Origin: Candidatus Cacconaster scatequi
GTDB lineage: Bacteria; Bacteroidota; Bacteroidia; Bacteroidales; UBA932
DNA length: 64,000 nt
Assembly (NCBI GenBank): GCA_018065305.1
Contig: JAGHTO010000014.1
Coordinates: forward strand, 6,243-70,242
Direction of reading: 5' to 3'
Shown here: positions 31,209-39,532 of the stretch, one piece after another
Layout: the number at the start of each line of letters is the position of its first letter
Numbering within the stretch: the first letter of the stretch is position 1
The notes under the pieces: model-generated
What the model was told of the DNA's origin: nothing
Database searches by the model: none
The model's input: the letters and a program-made list of their open reading frames with translations, nothing else
Translations under genes and position numbers: made by a program

Positions 31209-31283
31209 CAGGCATAGTGGCCCACAGCGGCCTCCGGCAAAGGTTCCCAGCGCAGATCCCCCCAACCCGGCCCCATCTGCACA

Positions 31284-31345
31284 GCGACCCCTGCTCCCAC
31301 GTGCGTCAAACACACACTCCATGCGCAGACGATTTGCAGAACGGC
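31284..31345. repeat. 62-nt direct repeat, left copy
   Basis: 61/62 identical to 33130-33191 (GCGACCCCTGCTCCCACGTGCGTCAAACACACACTCCAT[G/A]CGCAGACGATTTGCAGAACGGC). Confidence 0.85.
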
Positions 31346-31395
31346 GGACACAGACAGGCCCGCCTCAAGTGTCAGACAGAATCCCCAAAAAATTA

Positions 31396-31403
31396 TATAT
31401 TTG
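31396..31403 (+). promoter_or_regulatory. TAnnTTTG-type -7 box (TATATTTG) with no annotated gene downstream
   Basis: Consensus match in the intergenic region. It is followed by the recurrent motif at 31404-31424. Confidence 0.3.
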
Positions 31404-31765
31404 TAAGAAGTGGTTTTGAAATGGTTCACAAAATTTTTGCACAAAACGCGAGTCACTAACCCCTTCGGGCTTTTCCTCGTTGACTTCGTCTTCCTCTGTC
31501 GCGACTCGGGATAGTCAAAGCAAGCTTTGCCTCTGCTCTCGATTGCACGATTGTTCGAGCGAGCTCGATTGCACTCGACTTGGCGTCGGTTCGCGGGTGT
31601 TCAAACGTCTGCACGGGTGATACGTTGCAAATTAAAACGTCATTGCTGGCAACATTGTATGCGTCATGCCGGGCTGCGACCCGGCATCTTCGTGATGAGA
31701 TTGCGGGTCATGCCCGCAATGACGTGAGGGTCTGGCCCGGGATGACGTTGTACATACGCATTATC

Positions 31766-33028
31766 TTAAAGAATGGCGTCATTCTCAAGAAACTGCATCA
31801 GCCCCATAAAGATGATTCCATCGTCATTCATATATGTGGCGATATCGTAACCTACTATCACAATCTTTTGAAAGGAGTCTTCTATCTTTCTGAACGATTT
31901 GAGTTCCTGTTCCATCTTGTCCTCGTCGGGAATGGCATATGCAGATTGGATGTAGTATTTCCTCATCCCATCGGTCACGATAAAATCAACCTCATACTGT
32001 TTGTATTCCTGTTTGCCATTGACCAGTTCCCGCGATTCAATCATTCCAACGTCAACGAGATATCCACGTGAACACAGTTCATTATATATGACATTCTCCA
32101 TAATATGGGTGATTTCCTGCTGGCGGAAATTCAGTCTGGCATTTCTAAGTCCGATATCCGTACAATAATATTTTTTCAGGGATTCGTAATATCTCTTCCC
32201 TTTGATGTCGTATCGTCGGGAACCACGAAAAAGAAAAGCATCTTCAAGGTAACTGATATAACTTGACACGGTCTCCGCATCGACTTTGCAATGTTGAACG
32301 CTCAGCAATACGTTTGATATGTTATTGGGATTGGAAAATGAACCTATCGATGAACAAAGCTGGTCTGCCAGGGCATCCAATGCCACAGTATTCCTGATAT
32401 TGTGACGCTCAACGACATCCGCTATGTAGGTCTTTTCCCATAGACGCTGCAGATATGTCACTTTCTGCTGAGGGGTCTTACGCTTGCGCAGACCGGGGAG
32501 GCCGCCATAGGTATAAAACTCTTTCCACAGTTCGTCCCGGGTTTCCGTCCGTCCCTCGCAGAATTCCTTGAAACAGAACGGTTCAACGTGGACCTCATCT
32601 CCCCTGCCGCGGAAAATGGTATTGATGTCGCTGGACAACAGATGCGAGTTGCTTCCGGTGATATATACATCAACATTTTCCTTGGCATTCAGGCCATTGA
32701 CAACCTTCTCGAAACCGTCTATTTCCTGAATCTCATCAAGAAAAACATAATAATTGTCTTCATTGGAAAGCAGGCGCTCATAAACATATGCCTTCAGCAG
32801 TTCCTTGTCAACAAGTTCACTTTGATTATTCTCGTCGTCCTCATCCAGGGAAACGATGATTATGTTCTCCTGAGGAACGCCTTGGCTCACAAGATAATCA
32901 CGGTATATTGTCTTCAACAGGAATGATTTGCCTGATCTTCTCGGACCGGTGATAATCTTTACGTCTCCGTTGTCTCTTCTGTCAATCAGCCTCTGGAGAT
33001 ATCTTTCTCTTTTTACGTATTCGACCAT
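31766..33028 (-). CDS. AAA+ ATPase with a C-terminal DUF4143-like (PD-(D/E)xK-like) domain, COG1373-type, function unknown
   Basis: Walker A GPRRSGKS and Walker B VFLDEIQ are present. The C-terminal segment reads ..YEVDFIVTDGMRKYYIQSAY... The gene is visibly more AT-rich than its neighbours and has its own TATATTTG box (33047-33054, minus strand). Confidence 0.8.
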   Translation of the reverse strand: MVEYVKRERYLQRLIDRRDNGDVKIITGPRRSGKSFLLKTIYRDYLVSQGVPQENIIIVSLDEDDENNQSELVDKELLKAYVYERLLSNEDNYYVFLDEIQEIDGFEKVVNGLNAKENVDVYITGSNSHLLSSDINTIFRGRGDEVHVEPFCFKEFCEGRTETRDELWKEFYTYGGLPGLRKRKTPQQKVTYLQRLWEKTYIADVVERHNIRNTVALDALADQLCSSIGSFSNPNNISNVLLSVQHCKVDAETVSSYISYLEDAFLFRGSRRYDIKGKRYYESLKKYYCTDIGLRNARLNFRQQEITHIMENVIYNELCSRGYLVDVGMIESRELVNGKQEYKQYEVDFIVTDGMRKYYIQSAYAIPDEDKMEQELKSFRKIEDSFQKIVIVGYDIATYMNDDGIIFMGLMQFLENDAIL

Positions 33029-33046
33029 TGTATTCGGTATTTACTG

Positions 33047-33054
33047 CAAATATA
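33047..33054 (-). promoter_or_regulatory. -7 box (TATATTTG on minus strand) for the ATPase gene
   Basis: The plus strand reads CAAATATA, about 20 nt upstream of the ATG at 33028. Confidence 0.4.
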
Positions 33055-33129
33055 CAATAAATTCCGAAATAAACTTTATGGGCCGATAGAAATATCACGA
33101 CATCCAGGACCTCAACGTCATACCGGGCT

Positions 33130-33191
33130 GCGACCCCTGCTCCCACGTGCGTCAAACACACACTCCATACGCAGACGATTTGCAGAACGGC
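33130..33191. repeat. 62-nt direct repeat, right copy
   Basis: 61/62 identical to 31284-31345. It is preceded by 33116-33136, which also matches 31662-31682 (20/21). Confidence 0.85.
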
Positions 33192-33418
33192 CTGAGAAAC
33201 CCGATTTGATGTCACTTGGACAAAAAGTAGGATGGCAGAGACAGGTCTGCAAAAGGATGCATTGCGGCAAGGGCCGAGAAAGGATGCCGGCTGCGAGTGG
33301 GAAATGTCTGTGGGCCGGCTCCTGCCGGGGGACCCGCAGACATCACGAAGCAGACGCGCAACTTTCAGGCACTGAAGCTCAGCATCCGTCGCAGCCTGTC
33401 TCTGCCGCAGTAACTTCT

Positions 33419-33438
33419 CATTCTGCAAATCATCTGCT
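33419..33438. repeat. 20-nt repeat CATTCTGCAAATCATCTGCT, copy 2
   Basis: Identical to 31189-31208. Confidence 0.8.
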
Positions 33439-33449
33439 AGAAAAATTTT

Positions 33450-33457
33450 TATCTTTG
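33450..33457 (+). promoter_or_regulatory. -7 box (TATCTTTG) for yicC
   Basis: TAnnTTTG match about 23 nt upstream of the ATG at 33480. Confidence 0.4.
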
Positions 33458-33479
33458 TAAGATATACGCAGAAAAGACT

Positions 33480-34355
33480 ATGATAAAATCAATGACAGGC
33501 TACGGGAAGGCGGAATGCCTTGTCGGGAGCGACAGATACAGAGTTGAAATCCGGTCGGTGAACGGCAAGAACGCCGACATCAGCATCAAGACCCCTTTCA
33601 TCCCGAGGGAGAAGGAGATGGAGGTCAGGCAGCACATAGCGGAGACCTTGAGCAGGGGCAGCATCGACCTTTTCGTCACTGTGGAACGCTCTGCCGAAAA
33701 CTCCGCGAAGACAATCAACGCCGACGTCATGAAAAGTTATCTGAAGCAGCTTGAGAGCCTGTCGAAAGAGGCCGGCGTTGCAAACCCAAACCCCGAAGCA
33801 ATGCTTCCCCTCGCCCTCAGGATGCCTGACGTCTTTGACACAGTCTCAAAGGAACTCACTGCAGATGAGTGGGGCACTCTGTCCGGCACCATCAGAAAGG
33901 CTGTTGCAGAGCTGGACGAATTCCGCACAAAAGAGGGCGTCAGTCTGAAACGGGACGTCTTCGGGCAGGTTGACAAGATTGAATCATACGTTGCCGAGGT
34001 CGAGAAATACGAAAAGGAAAGAATCACGGCCATACGCGAGAAGATACTGAACCGCATTGCGGAACTCGGTGCCAACCCGGACGAGAACCGGCTGGAGCAG
34101 GAGATGATCTACTACATTGAGAAACTGGACATCAACGAGGAGAAAGTGCGTCTTCGCCAGCACTGCAAATATTTCCGGGAAACCGCCGCGAGCGAACCTC
34201 TGCCCGGCAAGAAACTGGGATTCATAGCGCAGGAGATGGGCCGGGAAATCAACACTATGGGCTCCAAGGCCAACCACGCCGAGATTCAGAAATGGGTGGT
34301 CCGGATGAAGGACGAACTGGAAAAAATCAAGGAACAATCACTCAACATTCTATAA
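33480..34355 (+). CDS. yicC: YicC family stress-induced protein
   Basis: Begins with the characteristic MIKSMTGYG. The C-terminal block is GKKLGFIAQEMGREINTMGSKAN. Confidence 0.85.
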   Translation: MIKSMTGYGKAECLVGSDRYRVEIRSVNGKNADISIKTPFIPREKEMEVRQHIAETLSRGSIDLFVTVERSAENSAKTINADVMKSYLKQLESLSKEAGVANPNPEAMLPLALRMPDVFDTVSKELTADEWGTLSGTIRKAVAELDEFRTKEGVSLKRDVFGQVDKIESYVAEVEKYEKERITAIREKILNRIAELGANPDENRLEQEMIYYIEKLDINEEKVRLRQHCKYFRETAASEPLPGKKLGFIAQEMGREINTMGSKANHAEIQKWVVRMKDELEKIKEQSLNIL

Positions 34356-34360
34356 TACCT

Positions 34361-35740
34361 ATGAAAAAACTACTCTTTATCCTTATGCTCGGGCTGGCCG
34401 TCATTTCCTGCACGGACTACCCCAAGCTTGAAACCACCGTACCCTACAAGGTTGTCAAGGGCACAATAGTTCTTGACACCCCGGCCCGCGAGCCCGGTCA
34501 GCAGTCCGCTCTCGGAATGACTGCCGAACCCATCGAAACCGTCAGGATAGGTCTTGTCGGACTTGGCGGAAGAGGTTACAGCGCCCTTGACAGACTCACT
34601 TATGTGGAAGGCGTCCAGATCAAGGCCATCTGCGACATCTACCCCGAGAAGCTGAAAAGAGGCAACGAATACCTCGCCTCACGCAATCTCCCCGCAGCTG
34701 CAGAATACAGCGGTGAGGAGGGATACAAGGCTCTCTGCGAGAGGGATGACATCGACCTTGTCTATATCTGCACCTCCTGGCTGGCGCACGTTCCCGTATC
34801 GCTCTATGCTTTGGAACACGGCAAGCACGTGGCCTGCGAAGTCCCCTCAATGCTGAACGTCAAGGACTGCTGGGACATCATCAACACCAGCGAGAAGACA
34901 AGAAAGCACTTTATGATGCTTGAGAACTGCTGCTACGATTTCTTTGAGCTGACAACCCTCAATATGGCGCAAAAGGGCCTCTTCGGAGAAGTCTATCACG
35001 TCGAAGGAGCCTACATCCACAACCTCAACCCCTTCTGGGAGGGATATCAGGACAACTGGAGGCTTGACTACAACTCCAAGTTCCGCGGCGACAACTACCC
35101 CACCCACGGCGTGGGCCCCATCTGCCAGGTGCTGAACATCCACCGCGGTGACAAGATGAACTATCTGGTAGCGATGGACACAAAGCCCCTTATGGGCGCG
35201 GCAAAAGCCAAGGAGAATATGGGAATCGACTATTTCGCGGACGGAGACCACACCGTATCCCTCATCCGCACCGAACTCGGACACCAGATTGAGGTGCACC
35301 ACAACGTCTATGCTCCCCGCCCCTATAGCAGGATGCACCAATTGACGGGAACACAGGGCTTTGCGAACAAATACCCCGCATCACAGCTGGCTTTCGCCCC
35401 CGACTTCGAAGATTTCGTGTCCCGGGAGAAATTCGACAGCCTGATGGTGCAGTACAAACACCCCGTCACAGCCGAGTATGAAGTCAAGGCCAGAGAAGTC
35501 GGAGGACACGGCGGAATGGACTACATTATGGACTGCCGTCTGATTTACTGCCTGCGCAACGGTCTTCCCCTCGATATGGACGTATATGACGCAGCCGAAT
35601 GGTGCTGCATCAGCGAGCTGAGCCGCATCTCAATAGAGGCCGGTTCGATGCCTGTCCAGGTGCCCGATTTCACAAGGGGTGACTGGAACAAGGTCCAGGG
35701 CGTTCACCACGCTATGGTGACCGGTCCGAACAACCCGTAG
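34361..35740 (+). CDS. GH109-like NAD-dependent glycosidase (Gfo/Idh/MocA fold), lipoprotein
   Basis: Lipoprotein signal (LAVISC) and Rossmann motif (RIGLVGLGGRG) are present. GH109-type blocks are MLENCCYD..EL, EGAYIHNL, WRLDYN..GDNYPTHGVGPICQVLNIHRGD. The start was taken at the ATG at 34361. Confidence 0.7.
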   Translation: MKKLLFILMLGLAVISCTDYPKLETTVPYKVVKGTIVLDTPAREPGQQSALGMTAEPIETVRIGLVGLGGRGYSALDRLTYVEGVQIKAICDIYPEKLKRGNEYLASRNLPAAAEYSGEEGYKALCERDDIDLVYICTSWLAHVPVSLYALEHGKHVACEVPSMLNVKDCWDIINTSEKTRKHFMMLENCCYDFFELTTLNMAQKGLFGEVYHVEGAYIHNLNPFWEGYQDNWRLDYNSKFRGDNYPTHGVGPICQVLNIHRGDKMNYLVAMDTKPLMGAAKAKENMGIDYFADGDHTVSLIRTELGHQIEVHHNVYAPRPYSRMHQLTGTQGFANKYPASQLAFAPDFEDFVSREKFDSLMVQYKHPVTAEYEVKAREVGGHGGMDYIMDCRLIYCLRNGLPLDMDVYDAAEWCCISELSRISIEAGSMPVQVPDFTRGDWNKVQGVHHAMVTGPNNP

Positions 35741-38700
35741 GACTTCAATTCATCGTCCCTCTCAAACCCTTCGAGTGTCCAGGTTTTCCTTTCGGCCTCA
35801 GGAAGGGTGAAGTCATAGACAAGGCGATTATACCAGGAGCTTGTAACGTCAATCTCAATGGTATTTTCGCCTTTCTTCAATGCTGACGAGATGTCAACGG
35901 AATAGGGTTCCGTCCAAAGCGGGCTGAACTCCCTGCCGTTGATTCTCACGCAGGCAATCATATCCACGGCCCCCAGATTGAGCACATACCGGGCCCCCTT
36001 CTCGACCTTCGGAAGATTCAGCACGGTTGAATAGGTGGCCGTGCCGCTGAAGGCCTTACCTTCGGCGGAAAGCGGCATATCCTTCCAGGGGATAAGTCTG
36101 TTTGTCACCACGGGAGCCTCTATCCCCCACCCTGCGGGGAAACTGACAGTCCAGCAATTGCCGGAAATATCGATGGATTCGCCCTTGGCCGGCTTCTGCA
36201 CCTTGTCAGCACGGGACGGGCTGTTGAAAACGATGAAAAGAGACTGCGCCTCAGCAAGATCCAGATTTACTGCCGTATATCCGTTCTCCCTGCGTGAAGG
36301 GATTGACAGGGACTCTCCCGTAACAGGGTCCCATATCTGGACGGGACCGGTGCAGTGGAACTTCACCTCGCCGTTGAACGTGGTCTGAGCCGGGGCGCAC
36401 ACGAAATACCAGTCCGTGCCGGCATCCTGTCTGTGCAGCCATTGTTTCCGCAGTCCGCTTACATCGGGAGATATGCCGCAGGCTTCCAGCGCCTGCTCTA
36501 TGCCGTATCCGGAAATCACCTTTCCCCTCCCCACAGTACGGATGCCCGTCCCCTGCCAGAGGGTTGACACAGCCTTGTCATAACGAACCTGCTGCTGAGA
36601 GTCTTTTCTGAGCGTGGCTATTCCGGCCGGAGCGTCGGCCACAAGGGTTCCTCCCTCTCCGACCAGTTTCACAAGCCTTTCAAGAGTCTCGGGCAACATT
36701 CTGCCCGGCTCCGGAATCCACATCAGGGAATAGCTCACCCCTTCGGGAGTCACCCATCTGCCATCCTTTATGGAGATACGGTTGAGCAAGGCATCAGGAT
36801 TGCAGTAGTCATACCTGTAGCCGTCCGGGAAAGGATATCGCTGAAGAGGCTTCTGCTGAGTCTCGTCACCTATGTAGAAGAGGACGTCGGAAACCATCCT
36901 GCCGCTCTCCAGCATATACGAGCAGCGGGCGAGATATGAAGTGAACGAGGGCATATATTTCCACCAGGTCTGTCCGCGAAGGAATGGTGTTCCGATTCCG
37001 CCGTTGAAGGCGACGCCGGGGAAGAACTCCGAAGCCTTGGGATTGTGCGTGTATGTATGAAAGACGTTGTGCGTCACACCGTCGATTATGTTCTGGTTGG
37101 CAATGTCCCTGAGCATCTGCCAGTGCTCGTTCCAGGTCAGCTGGAAGGAGGTGAAGGACTCGGCGTCCACCCGCTTCTTGCCGTACATGCGGGCTGCGGA
37201 GGCTGTCGGACGGATTGGCTTGAATTCGTGGCTGGAGAGGTAGCCTGAGAAATTCTGCCAGAATTCGCACATCGGGACATCGGCGAACTTGTAATACTCC
37301 ATCGGGTCCATGGGGGTGACGTCGCCTCCGGCCGTCTCGTAGGAGACGGTAAGCCCCGCTTCGTGGGCATTTGCAGCCATCCTGCCGAAGAAATTGTTGA
37401 CATAGAGGTCATTGAGAGTGCGTCTCCAGTCTCCGAGGAAGAGCGCGGTATTTTCGATGTCATCCAGAACGTATCCGAATATTGCGGGGAGAAATGTTTT
37501 AAGTTCATATCCCGCAACTCTGGCGAACTCGGCGGGCATCGATGCCGTCCAGGTCTGGGCCTCGCACTCCCAGCTGTCCATCAGCATATTGCTCAGCAGT
37601 CCGTCCAACGGACCCGACGAAAGTCTTCCGACATAGTTCTTGAAATGGATGTCGGCGCCTGAAGGGTCAAGCTTGTTGCACTCCCAGCCGGTCGCCTCCG
37701 CGGGAGCCGGAGCATTCTTCCGTTTCGTATTGACGTGTCCTATACGGAGAACTGTCCACTCCCCTTCCGGTACTGTCCAGTCCAAAGTACCGTCGGCTTT
37801 CATACAAGAGGTGATGTCCACAATCCTAGAACGGTCAACGTATGACTTCCTGTCCTGAACCGCGTCGCTGCGGTACACTCCGCGTAGAGTCCATCCTGCC
37901 TCCCCTTCCCAGTTGGGGTAACGTGCCGCAGACCGCAGACAGATGCGGCTCAGATTCATATCGTATCTGTTGTCGAATGTGATGCGGTAGCGGGAACAGG
38001 GTCCGCATTCGGAAAGGGCGAAAGTGGTCGTAATCCAGGTATCCTGCCAGTTGGACCGCGGGACCTCCGTCGAAAGAACGGTATGGGTGGCGCCTGAGGC
38101 GTCGATTGCCTCCACCGTAAATCTCATATCGGGGTCGTCGCACATCGCATCGTTCATCTCCCTGACGGAACAGAATTCCAGAGTCCGCGCCACAGCCGGC
38201 TCATCAAGCCTGATTTCCAGAATCACATTGTGGTTCTCCGACGCAGGTTCTATCTTCAGGGAACCTTCCCAGAGCGGCTTGTCGAATTCTCCGGCAGGAG
38301 TCGGGAATGCAAGCACGCAGATGTCGCGGAAATCGCTATCCCTGTCTTCCGCATCTTCCGGGAGAGGCAGTACCACCCGGCCAGTCCCCTCCTTCACGGC
38401 AGTGCGGCTGTATGCCAGATGGCGCATCGTATGGTCAAGGTCTATCCAGGGGCCGCCGCTCATAGCCCAACCGGGACAGTTCTGCATCGTGAACCGGAGT
38501 CCCAGCCGGTTTGCCTCGGAGGCGGTGTGTTTCACAAGGCTCTCCCATCTGTCGGAAAGGCAATAGACCGGGTCCGTCACCCCTTTCCAGGGGGCATTGC
38601 CCCAACCTCCGTGGAAGAACTGCACACCGGAGATTCCCGCCGCGGCAATCGCTTCGAGGTCTTTCGTTATTCCGTCACGGTCGACGTTTCCGTCCACATA

Positions 38701-38823
38701 GTGAAACCAGGTTTCGGGATAATGAGTCGTTGTGGGCGCATTGAAATCCCGTATCGATATCTGTGCATTGGCGATTATGCTCAACGACAGTGCAACTGCG
38801 ATGGTTATGATGGCTTTTTTCAT
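35704..38823 (-). CDS. Large exported glycoside hydrolase, possibly GH106-like (alpha-L-rhamnosidase family) with a C-terminal jelly-roll domain
   Basis: Signal peptide from the ATG at 38823 (MKKAIITIAVALSLSIIANA). The N-terminal block PETWFHYVDGNVDRDGITKDLEAIAAAGISGVQFF resembles GH106-type proteins. The family call is from memory only. Confidence 0.5.
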   Translation of the reverse strand: MKKAIITIAVALSLSIIANAQISIRDFNAPTTTHYPETWFHYVDGNVDRDGITKDLEAIAAAGISGVQFFHGGWGNAPWKGVTDPVYCLSDRWESLVKHTASEANRLGLRFTMQNCPGWAMSGGPWIDLDHTMRHLAYSRTAVKEGTGRVVLPLPEDAEDRDSDFRDICVLAFPTPAGEFDKPLWEGSLKIEPASENHNVILEIRLDEPAVARTLEFCSVREMNDAMCDDPDMRFTVEAIDASGATHTVLSTEVPRSNWQDTWITTTFALSECGPCSRYRITFDNRYDMNLSRICLRSAARYPNWEGEAGWTLRGVYRSDAVQDRKSYVDRSRIVDITSCMKADGTLDWTVPEGEWTVLRIGHVNTKRKNAPAPAEATGWECNKLDPSGADIHFKNYVGRLSSGPLDGLLSNMLMDSWECEAQTWTASMPAEFARVAGYELKTFLPAIFGYVLDDIENTALFLGDWRRTLNDLYVNNFFGRMAANAHEAGLTVSYETAGGDVTPMDPMEYYKFADVPMCEFWQNFSGYLSSHEFKPIRPTASAARMYGKKRVDAESFTSFQLTWNEHWQMLRDIANQNIIDGVTHNVFHTYTHNPKASEFFPGVAFNGGIGTPFLRGQTWWKYMPSFTSYLARCSYMLESGRMVSDVLFYIGDETQQKPLQRYPFPDGYRYDYCNPDALLNRISIKDGRWVTPEGVSYSLMWIPEPGRMLPETLERLVKLVGEGGTLVADAPAGIATLRKDSQQQVRYDKAVSTLWQGTGIRTVGRGKVISGYGIEQALEACGISPDVSGLRKQWLHRQDAGTDWYFVCAPAQTTFNGEVKFHCTGPVQIWDPVTGESLSIPSRRENGYTAVNLDLAEAQSLFIVFNSPSRADKVQKPAKGESIDISGNCWTVSFPAGWGIEAPVVTNRLIPWKDMPLSAEGKAFSGTATYSTVLNLPKVEKGARYVLNLGAVDMIACVRINGREFSPLWTEPYSVDISSALKKGENTIEIDVTSSWYNRLVYDFTLPEAERKTWTLEGFERDDELKSYGLFGPVTIAW

Positions 38824-38883
38824 GATTTCAGATTTACAGATTTTAAAATTAAGCAAAAAAACGCTAATCGAAAATTTTGCAAC

Positions 38884-38983
38884 GTAGCGGTGGATATATA
38901 CTGCCCGGTAACTTTGGCTCCCGAAGAGGGAGGGGACCCACGTTAGTGGGGAGGATTACCGGGCATTATATATCCACCGCTAC
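38884..38983. repeat. 100-nt near-perfect palindrome (28-nt arms, 27/28 complementary)
   Basis: GTAGCGGTGGATATATACTGCCCGGTAA (38884-38911) pairs with TTACCGGGCATTATATATCCACCGCTAC (38956-38983). It lies 20 nt downstream of the yoeB stop. Confidence 0.8.
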
Positions 38984-39003
38984 CACAAAGTCAGGCTGAA
39001 GGT

Positions 39004-39270
39004 TTAACCCTCATAGTGGTATCTCATAGAAAGGACACAGACGAATACCTCCTGCCCTTCCACCTTGTAAATCAGACGGTGTTCCTGATTTATCCGTCTG
39101 GACCATAGGCCCCGTAAGGGACCCTTCAGCGGCTCCGGCTTCCCGATTCCGGTAAAAGGATGTTCAGAGATATCCGCAAGAAGGATCTTTATCCTCTCCG
39201 CAACCTTTGGACTGTTTTTTTTCCAGTACTCAAAGTGACCCATTGCAGTGGGTGAGAAGATTATTTTCAT
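39004..39270 (-). CDS. yoeB: Type II toxin, YoeB/Txe family
   Basis: An 88-aa protein with the typical blocks ..EYWKK.., ..HPFTGIGKPEPLKG.L.G.WSRRI...HRLIY... It overlaps the antitoxin stop by 4 nt. Confidence 0.9.
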   Translation of the reverse strand: MKIIFSPTAMGHFEYWKKNSPKVAERIKILLADISEHPFTGIGKPEPLKGPLRGLWSRRINQEHRLIYKVEGQEVFVCVLSMRYHYEG

Positions 39271-39521
39271 AACGTGGCAAGATTCACTTCAATGCCCTTG
39301 CCTTCTGAAATCTCCTGCAGGCTCTGTTGAATGTCTGCAAGAACCTTGGGGTTTGACATTATGTACTCCGTCTCCATAATGGAATTATACTCTTCGAGGG
39401 ATATCATTACGATGCCAGTATTGTTTCCCCTATCCACGATCAGAGCATCGTTGTCAGCTATTACGGCATCGATATGTTCCTTGAGGTTTTTTCTTAATTC
39501 AGAATAATTTGCAGTTCTCAT
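39267..39521 (-). CDS. yefM: Type II antitoxin, Phd/YefM family
   Basis: MRTANYSELRKNLKEHIDAVIADNDALIV... The gene lies upstream of and overlapping yoeB. The ATG at 39521 was chosen; the track start at 39527 is TTG. Confidence 0.85.
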   Translation of the reverse strand: MRTANYSELRKNLKEHIDAVIADNDALIVDRGNNTGIVMISLEEYNSIMETEYIMSNPKVLADIQQSLQEISEGKGIEVNLATL

Positions 39522-39532
39522 ATCCAATTGAA

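Noticed and set aside
31208-31727. ORFs of 60-82 aa on both strands in the pyrC-ATPase spacer (31208-31456 minus, 31217-31459 plus, 31527-31727 plus). The 33206-33460 and 32982-33428 ORFs in the right spacer are of the same kind.
   Set aside because: They run through the repeats and palindromes, start with non-ATG codons, are Arg/Pro/Cys-rich, and are mutually overlapping on opposite strands. The region is better explained as non-coding repeat DNA.
39004-39521. yefM-yoeB considered as a novel system.
   Set aside because: Both proteins match the well-known YoeB/Txe toxin and Phd/YefM antitoxin families. Only the adjacent palindrome is reported as unusual.
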